From Promethearchaeota archaeon (lineage in GTDB: Archaea; Asgardarchaeota; Lokiarchaeia; Sigyniarchaeales; SOKP01): a stretch of DNA of 39,062 nucleotides. The notes below the pieces were generated by a model that was given only the letters and a program-made list of their open reading frames with translations, had not been told where the DNA came from and did no database searches. How positions within the stretch are numbered: position 1 is the first letter of the stretch; the number at the start of each line of letters is the position of its first letter. Position numbers and translations under genes: made by a program. The DNA lies in contig JBHLNT010000022.1 in NCBI GenBank assembly GCA_048941265.1, positions 1 to 39,062 on the forward strand, written 5' to 3'. Positions 9,295 through 19,903 of the stretch are shown here, piece after piece.

Positions 9295-9921
9295 ATGCCA
9301 ATCAAATGGGTTACTTTTGACGCAATGGGAGTGATATATGAAGTAGCAGATGATGTCAGCGACTTATTAGTGCCCTTTCTTCGTTCAAAAAATAATAAAT
9401 TACCACTGAAAACGATATATAATTCATATATTAAAGCAAGCTTGGGACAAATTACATCTTTAGAATTTTGGAAAGCATTAGGATACGGCAGTGAATACCC
9501 TGAGATTGAAAAGGAATTTTTAGATAATTGGTATATTTTTGATGCTGAATTTTTTGAAGTCGCAAAAGAACTTAGAAAAAAATACAAATTAGCGATGCTC
9601 TCCAACGATTTAAAAGACTGGTCTAAATTCTTACGTGTTAAATTTAAAATAAATCATTTTTTTGACGTCCTTGTTATAAGCGGCGATGTCGGATATAGAA
9701 AGCCTGATAAAAAAATCTATGAAATTTTGTTAGAAAAAACTAAATCACCTGCCGAAGATTGCTTATTCATTGATGATAAATTGGAAAATCTTCGAGCTGC
9801 CTCTGAATTGAGAATAAAGACCATTAAATTTGTGAGGCGTAAAGAAAAAGTACCATTTTGCTCTGAATTTGAGATTAGTAGTTTTAAAGAATTAATTCAA
9901 GTATTAAAGAATTTCTATTAA
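9295..9921 (+). CDS. HAD-superfamily hydrolase (subfamily IA)
   Basis: Motifs FDAMGV, LSND, RKPDKKIY and FIDDKLEN. Confidence 0.9.
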   Translation: MPIKWVTFDAMGVIYEVADDVSDLLVPFLRSKNNKLPLKTIYNSYIKASLGQITSLEFWKALGYGSEYPEIEKEFLDNWYIFDAEFFEVAKELRKKYKLAMLSNDLKDWSKFLRVKFKINHFFDVLVISGDVGYRKPDKKIYEILLEKTKSPAEDCLFIDDKLENLRAASELRIKTIKFVRRKEKVPFCSEFEISSFKELIQVLKNFY

Positions 9922-9938
9922 GATTAAAAATATTTTTA

Positions 9939-11102
9939 TTAAAGTTTTTGCTCTTTCAATTTCTTACGATACTCTTTTTTAAATTCCCGATAATTTCCCT
10001 CACCTCCTTTGCCTCCTATGAATTTGGGTAAGTAGAATTTTGTTCGGGCATAATCCATAAATATTGTAGTCGTAATCAAACCTATAGGATTTAATTCCTT
10101 ATAAAAACGAGCTAAACGTTCAGGTAGGGCAAAGAAATCTAGAATTAAATTTTTCTTGGCTGCTTGTATTTTTTTATATATTGGCATCCAGTGATTATCG
10201 CAATTAAGCTCTCTCCCTGCCCCCGGAACCCATTGAATCCCCGTAATTGAAGGGACTGAAAGGATATCGTCTAAATGTTTAAGGGCATCGGGACCATCTA
10301 GGTGATATATACAATAATCCAATTGTTCAGCTTGAGAAATGATATCTGGTAATGCAAAACGTTTAAACCATTTAGGGGAAAGAAAGGCACTGAAATCACA
10401 TTGAACTGGATAGCATGGTTTATGACACCATAAATACATCCAATTGCTAATACCGTCTGAATAGTGTTGAATGATATTTTGGAGGTCGTTAAATACTTTC
10501 ATCCATTTTTCGAGAATAATAGCTCTACAAGTATCTATTAATTCGGGATTTCGTCTCATTGTTAAAATTAATTTTGTGGGTCCTAAAAATGAAGAAAGAA
10601 TATCTAAAATGCCTCCGAGATCGGTTACTCCAACACTATAATCTTTTCCTGCTCGCTTTGCCGCAATTTCAGTAGTTCTTATAAGCCTGACATACCAGGG
10701 ATTATTCATATTAAGTTGTACACTTTCCAGCAATGGGACAATTTCATCAACAGAAGTATCTTTTTGAAACCATACAGTTCTGGTCTGAGGTTTAGGATCG
10801 ATTCCAAAAACAGCAGACATAATTCCAGGTCCGTAATATGGCCGAAAATTAGGAATGTTCTCTCCTCCAAAATAAAAAATTCTGGAAGTAGCTTCATACA
10901 TATCTATAGCAGTTTCCACATTATCCCAAAATTGAGCTAAATAAAAAGGATCGAAGAACTCTAGCACTGCCTCGGTATCTGGAATTTTTTCCCCTAATCT
11001 TGGAGTCCAATAAGAAATACAAGGGCGATCGATTATTTCATGATCCCACCATGCTTTCAAGCGTTCTTTTGCTTCATTGATATCTTCCTTAAAGCGACTC
11101 AT
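9939..11102 (-). CDS. URO-D/MtaA-like TIM-barrel protein (often labelled 'trimethylamine corrinoid protein 2'-like)
   Basis: Motifs GPGIMS, TDLGG..D, QCDFSAFLSP, YHLDGP and IQWVPGAG. Confidence 0.75.
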   Translation of the reverse strand: MSRFKEDINEAKERLKAWWDHEIIDRPCISYWTPRLGEKIPDTEAVLEFFDPFYLAQFWDNVETAIDMYEATSRIFYFGGENIPNFRPYYGPGIMSAVFGIDPKPQTRTVWFQKDTSVDEIVPLLESVQLNMNNPWYVRLIRTTEIAAKRAGKDYSVGVTDLGGILDILSSFLGPTKLILTMRRNPELIDTCRAIILEKWMKVFNDLQNIIQHYSDGISNWMYLWCHKPCYPVQCDFSAFLSPKWFKRFALPDIISQAEQLDYCIYHLDGPDALKHLDDILSVPSITGIQWVPGAGRELNCDNHWMPIYKKIQAAKKNLILDFFALPERLARFYKELNPIGLITTTIFMDYARTKFYLPKFIGGKGGEGNYREFKKEYRKKLKEQKL

Positions 11103-11238
11103 ACATTTTCTATAAATGGATTATTCTGACATTAGTTAGGTTTTTAATCCAATTAAATTAAGATTTTCTATTTTTAAAATTCGATTATATCTTGTTAAAT
11201 TAAAAAATGTTTTTTATTTCAGTTTCTTAAAATTAGTT

Positions 11239-12804
11239 ATGGAACGATTTAATTCAGATAGGATATCAGCCGAAGAGGTGGCAATTGCTGATAATAATGC
11301 TCAATGGTTAGGAATTCCCTTGGGTTATTTAATGGAATGTGCAGGGTATTCTATAGCGATAGAACTTATTGAAAGGTATAATTTAAAAGAGGGCAATAAA
11401 GTAGCTATTTTTTGTGGCACAGGTAATAATGGAGGAGATGGTTTTGTCGTAGCAAGACACCTTTCAGCATTTAATGTGAATTCTATCGTGTTCTTATTAG
11501 GATTACCAGAAAAAATTCGTACAAAAGAATCAAAATTCAATTGGGATATTATTTCGCGTCATTTAGATATATCAATAGAAACTGTGATTATCCGAGATTC
11601 TACAGAAATCTCAGAACATTCAGACACCGCAGATAAATGTAAGGATGTAAAACTAATTATCGATGGTTTATTGGGGACTGGAGTTAAAGGAAAAATTCGA
11701 GAGCCACTATCTAGCGCAATAGATTTGATTAATAATTTAAATAAAAAATTAAAAATACCTGTTATTTCAATAGATTTACCATCTGGATTAAATCCTAATA
11801 CTGGTAATGTCCTTGATAAAGCTGTGAAATCGGATTTAGTTATTGCCTTGCACCGAATTAAGAAGGGACTTAGTGAAGATAATGAATACATAGGTGAAAT
11901 AATAGTCAAATCAATAGGTATTCCCCAAGAAGCAAGTGTATTTGTTGGAAAGGGTGATTTGCTCCCAACCTTAAAAGTGAGAAAAATAGATAATCATAAA
12001 GGACAATTTGGAAGGATTTTAGTTATTGGAGGATCAAAAAATTATTCTGGTGCTCCAGCATACTCCTCTTTAACAGGTATTAATTTTGGTTGTGATTTAG
12101 TAATTACTTATGTTCCACAAGTTATTAGTGATGTTTTAAGAAATTATTCACCTAATATGATTGTGAGATCTAGTCCCGGAGATTTTCTAAATATCAATGC
12201 TTTAGATGAGATTCAGAGGCTAATTGATTGGGCTAACTCGATTATTATAGGTCCAGGATTAGGGGAACAAAAAGAAACGGAGGATCTTCTTGTTAAATTA
12301 GTAAAATGTATTGTTAAAGGAAAGAAATCCTTAGTTCTTGATGCCGATGCCCTCAAATTAATTAAAAATCATTTGGATTTAATCAAAGGAAAATCTGTAA
12401 TTTTGACGCCGCATGAAGGAGAATTGAAAGTTATGACAGAAATAGAATTGCCCCCATATAATAACATCGAAGAAAGAGGGAACATAATATTTAATCTAGC
12501 GAAAGAACTAGATCTAACCCTTCTTATAAAAGGACCATACGATTATATCAGCGACGGAAAAAAATTAAAGATCAATAAAACAGGGTGTCCTGAGATGTCT
12601 ATTGGGGGTACTGGGGATGTCTTAGCTGGGTTATGTGGTTGCTTTCTTACCACTGAAAACCTACCTTTTGAATCTGCTTGTTCTGCTGCTTTTCTTAACG
12701 GATTTCTAGGCGAATATGTCCGTAATAATATAAGATCCCGATTTACTACCATGGACATGATTGAAAATATCAACCAGGCAATTATAGATTTATTAAATCG
12801 TTAA
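11239..12804 (+). CDS. nnr: bifunctional NAD(P)H-hydrate epimerase/dehydratase
   Basis: LMECAG, CGTGNNGGDG, DGLLGTG and DLPSG (YjeF-N domain); HKGQFG, LDADAL, TPHEGE and GGTGDVLAG (YjeF-C domain). Confidence 0.95.
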   Translation: MERFNSDRISAEEVAIADNNAQWLGIPLGYLMECAGYSIAIELIERYNLKEGNKVAIFCGTGNNGGDGFVVARHLSAFNVNSIVFLLGLPEKIRTKESKFNWDIISRHLDISIETVIIRDSTEISEHSDTADKCKDVKLIIDGLLGTGVKGKIREPLSSAIDLINNLNKKLKIPVISIDLPSGLNPNTGNVLDKAVKSDLVIALHRIKKGLSEDNEYIGEIIVKSIGIPQEASVFVGKGDLLPTLKVRKIDNHKGQFGRILVIGGSKNYSGAPAYSSLTGINFGCDLVITYVPQVISDVLRNYSPNMIVRSSPGDFLNINALDEIQRLIDWANSIIIGPGLGEQKETEDLLVKLVKCIVKGKKSLVLDADALKLIKNHLDLIKGKSVILTPHEGELKVMTEIELPPYNNIEERGNIIFNLAKELDLTLLIKGPYDYISDGKKLKINKTGCPEMSIGGTGDVLAGLCGCFLTTENLPFESACSAAFLNGFLGEYVRNNIRSRFTTMDMIENINQAIIDLLNR

Positions 12805-12986
12805 CTATTTTCAAACTTAAAAAGTCAAAATTTTTTATCAAAAAAATCAAAATTTTTCAAAAATAATTGCTTTTCGAAATTAAAAAATATATAAAGAACT
12901 AATATATTATATAGATAATAAAAAAAAATTTGTTATCAAAAAGTATACTTTATCAAGAATTGTTAAGGTATCTCGAGGTATTGTAA

Positions 12987-13847
12987 ATGGGATTACAAGT
13001 ATTTCTAATCAACCCGGATGGGACCACTACAGAACTTCAAACTGGAGGTCCAATTAAAGATCTGCTCAAAACTGATGAAAGCTATGTTGTAGTCGCCGAT
13101 GACGTTCGCAAAGTGTTTTTGTGGAAGGGAATTACTAGTTCTGTAAGATCTAAATTTATTGGTGCCAAACGTAGTCAAGAGATCAGGGGGCAAGTTGGAA
13201 TGCATTATGCTGTAGTGCCTCTAGATGAAGGAGATGAAACTCCAGAATTCTTAAATATAATCGGGGGTAAAACTGAAGCCGGTATCGCAAAAGAAATTAA
13301 AGAAGAAAAAGCAGCTCACCCAATCCCAAGTGCGGGAGGTGGAGGAGGTGGTGGAGGACATCCATTAAGAGAAAAACCTATTTTTGCACCCCCTGAACCT
13401 GCGGAAGGTATGAATATTGCGGGAAGTCAAACGAGACCTGCTCAAAACGTAGGACCCCTTTATACTGGTCAAGAAGCTCAATATTTCCAAGAAGATTTAC
13501 AAGTAAATTTCGACCAAATTATGGCTAAATTAGAGGAAATAAAAATTCCTGATGGGTATGAAAGAGAGATGATTATTATTGGCAATCATGCATATTCAAT
13601 AGTAGAAAAGACAAAAACTTTCTTGGGAGAGCGCCAAACAGAGAAAGTTATCGAAGAAATCGGAACTATACCAGAGGGGATCTTTTTTGCCGCCAATTAT
13701 TCACCGAGAGTCCTTTCTGAAAATGGAAAGATTTTGGCGATAGAATTTTTAAAACGTGTTGGAGGGGGTACACATCAACCAGTTGAGTACAAGAATAAAA
13801 AACAAATCCTTAAAAATCAAATAAAGGCTCAACTCAGTGGAAAATAA
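12987..13847 (+). CDS. single gelsolin-domain protein with a G/P-rich linker and a C-terminal domain
   Basis: LKTDESYVV..VFLWKG..SS..KF...EGDETPEF matches the gelsolin repeat consensus (D.FIL..IYVW.G..S...EG.E...F). Confidence 0.8.
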   Translation: MGLQVFLINPDGTTTELQTGGPIKDLLKTDESYVVVADDVRKVFLWKGITSSVRSKFIGAKRSQEIRGQVGMHYAVVPLDEGDETPEFLNIIGGKTEAGIAKEIKEEKAAHPIPSAGGGGGGGGHPLREKPIFAPPEPAEGMNIAGSQTRPAQNVGPLYTGQEAQYFQEDLQVNFDQIMAKLEEIKIPDGYEREMIIIGNHAYSIVEKTKTFLGERQTEKVIEEIGTIPEGIFFAANYSPRVLSENGKILAIEFLKRVGGGTHQPVEYKNKKQILKNQIKAQLSGK

Positions 13848-14001
13848 CATCCTTATTTTATTTATTATCCTTATTAAAAGTAGTTTTCAGAATTTAAATT
13901 TAATTCATTACTTAGTAACTATCTTTTTTACAACAGTGACATACATTTTTTAAGATAAAACCCTTTATAATATTAAAAAATAATAAAATTAAAATTTGAA
14001 T

Positions 14002-14391
14002 ATGTCTAATTTAACCCCCGAAGAAGCCCGAAGTTTATCAAATTTTTTAGCCAATATCACCGAGCATACTGAATTAGAAGCATTGGCTTTAGTAACTAAT
14101 GAAGGATTGAGGCTGGCATTTTCTTGTATTCCAGGATATGAAATCGATCCCGATTTATTTTCAAGTTTAAGTGCTGTAGTGATGAAAAGTGGAACGGATG
14201 CTGTTAATACACTTGGTTTTCATAACATGCTGGAAGTTGTCCTAAGAGGTGAAGATGCATTTATCATTCTGAGCGCAGCAGGTCGTTTTTTCCTTATGGG
14301 GGCATCTAGACAAACTGCTGATTTGGGAAAAGTCGTAAGTGTATTCAGATATTATTCAGGAGAAATAGCAAAAAGATATCCGCAAATTTAA
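14002..14391 (+). CDS. roadblock/LC7 (MglB-like) domain protein
   Basis: ALALVTNEGLRLA..DPDLFSSLSA..LEVVLRGEDAFIIL..LG; about 130 aa. Start placed at ATG 14002 rather than TTG 13996. Confidence 0.88.
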   Translation: MSNLTPEEARSLSNFLANITEHTELEALALVTNEGLRLAFSCIPGYEIDPDLFSSLSAVVMKSGTDAVNTLGFHNMLEVVLRGEDAFIILSAAGRFFLMGASRQTADLGKVVSVFRYYSGEIAKRYPQI

Positions 14392-14612
14392 GCAATTTTC
14401 AATACTAAAACCATAACATTATTCAAATAAGGAAACTTTTCCTATTAATAACAAACCTAACAAAAATTAAATATAATATTAAAGTTATAAATCAAAATTA
14501 ACACATAATTTATTAAATGAGATAAACTCAAAATTTAAATAAAGTAAGTTTCTTAAAAAAGTCAGATAAGTTTGAGAATTCCCATTTAATGAAATAAATT
14601 GAGATTTTAATT

Positions 14613-16847
14613 ATGCCAGAAGTTAAGATTTTTGTTGATGTGAAAGAAGATGCTACTAATAAAATTATCATAAGCACGAATAATGCTGAAAAATTAGGAG
14701 TATCTTCGGGAACGGAAATTGAAATATTTAATCCCGATAATAATTTAAACACTACTGGAGTTGTAGAGATCTCTGAAATGGCTCTTGATTTCGCGGGGCA
14801 AATTTCAAAGAATATTATTGATAAATTACAATTTACAGGTATTGAACTAGTGTTAAGAACTATTACTAGTGCTGCAGCTCAGCTTACTCCAGCACCTCAA
14901 CCCATATCGGCTCCGAGACCAAAATTACAAGCTCCCACACCTCATTTACCAGGTGTGTCGCCAAAGCCCATTTCAGAACCCCAATTTACCCCCATGCCTC
15001 AACCCACTCCAGCACCCCAACCTACCCCAATGCCCCAACCCACTCCAGCACCCCAACCTACTCCGATGCCTCAACCCACTACAGCACCCCAACCTACTCC
15101 GATGCCTCAACCCACTACAGCACCCCAACCCTCCCCAATGCCCCAATTTACACCCCCTCCAAAATTTACGACGCCTTCACAACCTTCTGCTCAATTAACG
15201 CAACCATCTCAACAAATTCCGCCAATTCAACCTGCTCCATCTCCAGGAATTATGCCAGGACAAGTTCCTTCTGTTCCAGAGGTCCCTTTAGAACCTTATC
15301 CAAATAAAATTGATGTAAATATGCTACAGTCTCAAAAAAGCGGTATAATTCTTAGCCCAGTCATTAATGATAACATTGAAGGGGGAAGAGTGCAATTAAG
15401 TTATACTATTTTACAACAGCTCGGTTTAGGGCAAGGTATGCTTATTGCATGGGAAGATCCTTTAACCAGATCAATGGGCTCTGCAAGAATAGATGCTGCA
15501 CAAATAGGGACGAATGAAATAGTAATGAGTAGAGACACGAAAGAAGATACCAATATTCAAGCAGAACGAATAGTCGTATATTCTACTGAACCTCCAATCC
15601 AAAAAGCTTCCGCCATTATGTTAGAGGTTCAATCACAGCCTAATTTGATGGGGTATTGTCATGTTGCTCCAAGAACTCAACATACAATTTCTATTCAGAA
15701 TGGCGATGTTTTAGCATTCGAAGACGAGCTTACGGGAGCTATTGGCGCTGGAAAAGTCCAAATTAGTGAACAAGTTCCCGATAATGTTATTATGATTGAT
15801 AGTGAGATATTGGAAGCTTCAGGAATAGGGAGTTTTGAGGTTAAAGTATCTAAAAATCAGAGACAAATTATTCCTCTTCAAAGTATATCATTAGGAGTCT
15901 CACCTATTTCGGGAGAAAATATGTGGGAAATTATTAGTGCAGCTCGCCAAAATGTTGCTTCATTAAAGGATTGGATTTCTAATTACATTATCTTCAAAGG
16001 AATCAAATTAAGGTGGAATGCTGTTAACATTGCATGTTCTATTATAAATTGCGTACCAGACTTGACAGGTGATATTTTAGCTCAAGTTTCCCCAAATACT
16101 ACATTAACCCTAAGTCCGATTGGGCTAATTCCTTTTAATGCGATACTGATAATCGATATTAGCCGATCAATGATGGCTCGTGATGTATTAGTTAAAAACA
16201 TTGCCCCCGCAATTGAAGGAATTAAAGCCGCTATGGAATCCCGAGAAATACAAGAATTTTTAAAACATTTCAAGGATGGAGTAAATATACCGCGTAGAAT
16301 TTCCGCTGCTTTTGCTGCTGTTCTCTTCTTAAGTGAAAAAGTCGGAAGAGGTTTCGGTGAGAAAGTTTCAGTTATAAGATTTGCAGATGAGGGCCAAATA
16401 CTTCCTTTCGGCGAATCTTTCTATATGGATTCAGCGAGCGGGAAGAAAGGAGTTTTGGAAGACGCCGCTCGCTTGATTGTAGATAGAATTGGAAATTCAT
16501 ATGGTCAAGCTACTAATATGGGGCAGGCGATGGTACAGGCCCAATATGTCTTGGGAGAATTTCAGAAAATGAGCCCTGACCAACCAACAATGATAGTTCT
16601 TCTCACAGATGGGGAGCCAACGGATGGTAATGCCTTTTTTGAAGCCATTAAAGGATTTAGCCAAAATCCAAATGTTGTCATTTATATAGTAGGACTTGGA
16701 AATCCAAACGATGAATTAATGAATCGTGCAGCATCTTTATGTGGAGGAGAATACTTTAAACCTGAAGATGCGGGAGAATTATTGATTTGGTATTCAAAAC
16801 GGGCAAGAGACCTTACGGTAAAACTTAAGGCTCATAAAGAAGTATAA
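14613..16847 (+). CDS. vWA-domain protein with repeated N-terminal beta-barrel (Cdc48-N-like) domains and a Pro-rich linker
   Basis: C-terminal MIDAS DISRS...TNMG...LLTDG and GGEYF. Three similar segments (AEKLGVSSGTEIEI; LQQLGLGQGMLIAW; QHTISIQNGDVLAF). Confidence 0.8.
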   Translation: MPEVKIFVDVKEDATNKIIISTNNAEKLGVSSGTEIEIFNPDNNLNTTGVVEISEMALDFAGQISKNIIDKLQFTGIELVLRTITSAAAQLTPAPQPISAPRPKLQAPTPHLPGVSPKPISEPQFTPMPQPTPAPQPTPMPQPTPAPQPTPMPQPTTAPQPTPMPQPTTAPQPSPMPQFTPPPKFTTPSQPSAQLTQPSQQIPPIQPAPSPGIMPGQVPSVPEVPLEPYPNKIDVNMLQSQKSGIILSPVINDNIEGGRVQLSYTILQQLGLGQGMLIAWEDPLTRSMGSARIDAAQIGTNEIVMSRDTKEDTNIQAERIVVYSTEPPIQKASAIMLEVQSQPNLMGYCHVAPRTQHTISIQNGDVLAFEDELTGAIGAGKVQISEQVPDNVIMIDSEILEASGIGSFEVKVSKNQRQIIPLQSISLGVSPISGENMWEIISAARQNVASLKDWISNYIIFKGIKLRWNAVNIACSIINCVPDLTGDILAQVSPNTTLTLSPIGLIPFNAILIIDISRSMMARDVLVKNIAPAIEGIKAAMESREIQEFLKHFKDGVNIPRRISAAFAAVLFLSEKVGRGFGEKVSVIRFADEGQILPFGESFYMDSASGKKGVLEDAARLIVDRIGNSYGQATNMGQAMVQAQYVLGEFQKMSPDQPTMIVLLTDGEPTDGNAFFEAIKGFSQNPNVVIYIVGLGNPNDELMNRAASLCGGEYFKPEDAGELLIWYSKRARDLTVKLKAHKEV
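14988..15155 (+). repeat. 36-bp coding tandem repeat (TPMPQPT[P/T]APQP, about 4.5 copies)
   Basis: Unit ACCCCCATGCCTCAACCCACTCCAGCACCCCAACCT recurs at 14988, 15024, 15060 and 15096, with a partial copy at 15132. Confidence 0.9.
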
Positions 16848-16939
16848 ATACAAATTCTCATTTTTTGATTTTTTTCTTCTATTTTTTAATTAAATACAAG
16901 AAAAAGTTGAGTTATAGAAATAGTATCATACTCAATTGA

Positions 16940-17497
16940 TTATACCATAGCTGATTTTCCCGCATTATGAGCTTTTTGTAACAGTTTAGATTTTCTACGT
17001 ACTGTAGCATAACGTTGTACTCCAGTCGCAATAATAGTTTCAATTAATTCCATACCTAAGTAATTTAAAACATCTGTAAGTATACCAACAGTGTGGCGTG
17101 CATAGTTTTCATGACCTCCTCCTAAGGGTATAACAAGTATCACGCGTTTTCCTTTGAATGCTCGGTGTTTTGGGCTGTACCATCTGTCGAGGAATATTTT
17201 AAATTGCCCTGTGGGCCCCCACCAATAGATTGGTGTACCTAATACCCATGTTTCGGCCTGTTCCATCTTCTCTAATAGACCTGTCATGTCATCATCTTGT
17301 TTACACTGCCCTGTTTTGTAGCATGTATTGCATGCCTGACACGGTCCAATATTCATCTCATTTAATATAATTTTCTCAATTGAAGCACCAGCTTCCTCTG
17401 CTCCAGCCAATACCTCATCTACTAAAATCTCAGTGTTTCCACCCCTCCGAGGGCTGCCAACGATTCCTAAAACCAGTTTTTGTAAAGAATTTACCAT
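16940..17497 (-). CDS. flavodoxin-family iron-sulfur flavoprotein / NADPH-dependent FMN reductase
   Basis: GSPRRGGNT, CQACNTC.....C...DDM, GTPIYW and KIFLDR. Confidence 0.9.
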   Translation of the reverse strand: MVNSLQKLVLGIVGSPRRGGNTEILVDEVLAGAEEAGASIEKIILNEMNIGPCQACNTCYKTGQCKQDDDMTGLLEKMEQAETWVLGTPIYWWGPTGQFKIFLDRWYSPKHRAFKGKRVILVIPLGGGHENYARHTVGILTDVLNYLGMELIETIIATGVQRYATVRRKSKLLQKAHNAGKSAMV

Positions 17498-17724
17498 AAA
17501 AATTTAAACCTCTAACAATCTTTAAATACACATATAATTTCTATATTATTTCATCCTTAAAGCTTATATAAATATTTATTATCTCATTCAATTGTATTGA
17601 ATTTTTTTAATTTTTTTACGTATTTAATTAGTATTATATCTATAAGAATACAGTGAAATTAAGTAAATAATTTGTTAAGGGTGAGAAATAAATAAATAAA
17701 TTTGAAAAAAATCTGAAATATTTT

Positions 17725-19128
17725 TTAAGTCTTTAGTATTTTCTCTTTCTTTTGTTCATGGAGTTTTTTTACCTTTTGAGTTATTTCATCGTACCTTTCT
17801 TTGGTTATCGGAAATTTTAAAATCGAGATAATCCCGATAAGTAAGAATGCCGTTGGAAAGATAAACATTAAACTTCGCAAACCAAAAATAGTTTCTTCTG
17901 AAGTTCCAGTGGGGTCAAAAATGGCCCAACCGACGCTGTTAAAGACCAATGCAATACTAATGAAAATGGCTACGTTCGTAAGCTTTATACAAAAGCCATT
18001 AATTCCATAATATCCTGCTTCTCTTCTTGTTCCCGTAATTAGCTCATCTTCGTCAATGATAGGACCGATAGTTACGTCCCTTATCATAAGTGCTCCGGCA
18101 ATTCCGAATCCTAAACAAAAATAGGCAAAAAAGGCTGAGATCATATCAGAAATAAACATGAATGGTGCCAAGGTAATGATAAATGCCACCAATACCCAGC
18201 GAAAAGCTTTTTTGGGCCCGAGTTTATTAATTATTGGTTTCCATACAAATACAAATATTGCTGCAGAGATAAATACTAAAGCTAAAAACAAGGATAAAAT
18301 CAGCGAATCTTTAATTCCTAACACAAAACTTCCATATAGAGCTGTTATTGTAGGTAACATGCCAAAAGCATACCATAAGGCAAAATTAGCTAGAATAAAT
18401 GATCTGAATGCCTTATTTTTAAAAGTATATCTTATAGAATCAAGGAAAGACGGGACTTCTTCAGGATCTTTTGAAAATTCAATTCTTTCTTTAGCACCAT
18501 ACTTAATAAAGATGGTGGCAGTTACTCCACAGATTATGGAGATCGCGATACTAGCATACAAATAATTTACAAAATATTGTGGATTGTCATATTGCGGAAT
18601 GAAAAAACTGGGCAATATAAATGCAATCATAAGCGATATAATTTGAAAAAATTGAATGATTGTATTAGCTTTAATTCTTTGCTCATGATCTTGAAAAATT
18701 TCAGGGAAAAGTGCAGTTTGATTAACCCCCCACATTGTATAAAAAAATTCCCATATTACGATAATTATCAAGAAGTAGAGAAAAATTTCTAATTGAGAAC
18801 CTGCTATGGGGGGTGTCCAGAGTAATATATTTACGATTATAAGGGGAAATACTCCCGCGATAATAAAAGGTTTTCTTCTTCCCCATTTGGATGTACTTTT
18901 ATCTGATATTGCTCCTAACATAGGATCGTTAATGGCATTCCAAATAGACCATATTATAAAAGCTAATGTAATTAAATTGACATTTAAACCTACTACGGCA
19001 TAATAAAAAGTGAAAATTAGAAATGAGAAAAACTGAAAAAAGATCACATCTGTAAGCCCAGCGAAGCTGTAGCTGACAGCTTTTTTGGTAGAATAATCGC
19101 TTTCAGAAACATTATTAGTCATACCCAT
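17725..19128 (-). CDS. MFS transporter, GPH (MelB-like sugar:cation symporter) family
   Basis: WNAINDPMLGAISD..SKWGRRKPF and DELITGTRREAGYYG; about 12 TM helices. Confidence 0.92.
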   Translation of the reverse strand: MGMTNNVSESDYSTKKAVSYSFAGLTDVIFFQFFSFLIFTFYYAVVGLNVNLITLAFIIWSIWNAINDPMLGAISDKSTSKWGRRKPFIIAGVFPLIIVNILLWTPPIAGSQLEIFLYFLIIIVIWEFFYTMWGVNQTALFPEIFQDHEQRIKANTIIQFFQIISLMIAFILPSFFIPQYDNPQYFVNYLYASIAISIICGVTATIFIKYGAKERIEFSKDPEEVPSFLDSIRYTFKNKAFRSFILANFALWYAFGMLPTITALYGSFVLGIKDSLILSLFLALVFISAAIFVFVWKPIINKLGPKKAFRWVLVAFIITLAPFMFISDMISAFFAYFCLGFGIAGALMIRDVTIGPIIDEDELITGTRREAGYYGINGFCIKLTNVAIFISIALVFNSVGWAIFDPTGTSEETIFGLRSLMFIFPTAFLLIGIISILKFPITKERYDEITQKVKKLHEQKKEKILKT

Positions 19129-19352
19129 TAGACTTACCTTTTCCTATTTGCATAATTTAACTTTAAAAATTTTAAAATTAATATTAATTAGAATCCGATC
19201 TTAAAAAATGTTTTAATATTTAGATTTATGTTTAAAGAAGAACAGAATTATCTTTTTTAAGATGAATACCTTTCCTATTAATTTATATATTTAATCGTTT
19301 TAATAAATATTATAAAAAATCTCGAGAAACTCGTTGATAAGTGCGAATTAAA

Positions 19353-19751
19353 ATGAAAGAAGTAAGAATTTTATCATTAGACAACCGAGGAAGAATCGTA
19401 ATTCCAAAACTTATTCGAAAGAGCCTAGGGATTACTAGTAATTCTCAATTAATGATGGTCGCAGATAGTGAGACAAAAGAGATTAAAATCGTTCCTATGG
19501 GACTTGGTGGTGAAAGTGTTAAATATAAAATATTAATGAAAGATCAGGTGGGAGCATTAGCTAAAATCCTTTCCGTATTTGGAAACCGGGGGATTTCTTT
19601 AGTATATGAAGAAACCATCGTGTTAGAGAAAAATAAAACAGCTATTTGTACTCTTATAGGTCCATCACCGAGAATGGATTTAGAAGTATTTCAACAAATT
19701 TTAAAAGAAGAAGGAGAAGCACTTGAAGTTGAGATAATTCCATTGGAATAA
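19353..19751 (+). CDS. AbrB/MazE-type DNA-binding domain fused to an ACT domain, putative regulator
   Basis: LDNRGRIVIPKLIRKSLGI (AbrB) followed by MKDQVGALAKILSVFGNRGISL (ACT). Confidence 0.85.
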   Translation: MKEVRILSLDNRGRIVIPKLIRKSLGITSNSQLMMVADSETKEIKIVPMGLGGESVKYKILMKDQVGALAKILSVFGNRGISLVYEETIVLEKNKTAICTLIGPSPRMDLEVFQQILKEEGEALEVEIIPLE

Positions 19752-19903
19752 TAGAGTATTAATTCTGATTAAATTAGAAAATTTAGTTGAAGAATTATCC
19801 TTTCAATTAATTATATTGAATTAAAATAGGTATATAAAATAAATTTATAAACTAATTGTACTATTAGAAATATAAGTTTATAAGAAAAAAACGCTTGGTT
19901 CTA

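Noticed and set aside
9117-9605. 162-aa minus-strand ORF and other antisense or overlapping ORFs (e.g. 1445-1708, 11559-11909, 14869-15198, 18158-18565, 31953-32285)
   Set aside because: Shadow frames of well-supported genes, with no motifs of their own.
14988-15155. 36-bp periodic repeat as a CRISPR array
   Set aside because: No unique spacers; it is an in-frame coding repeat with synonymous variation, and no cas genes are present.
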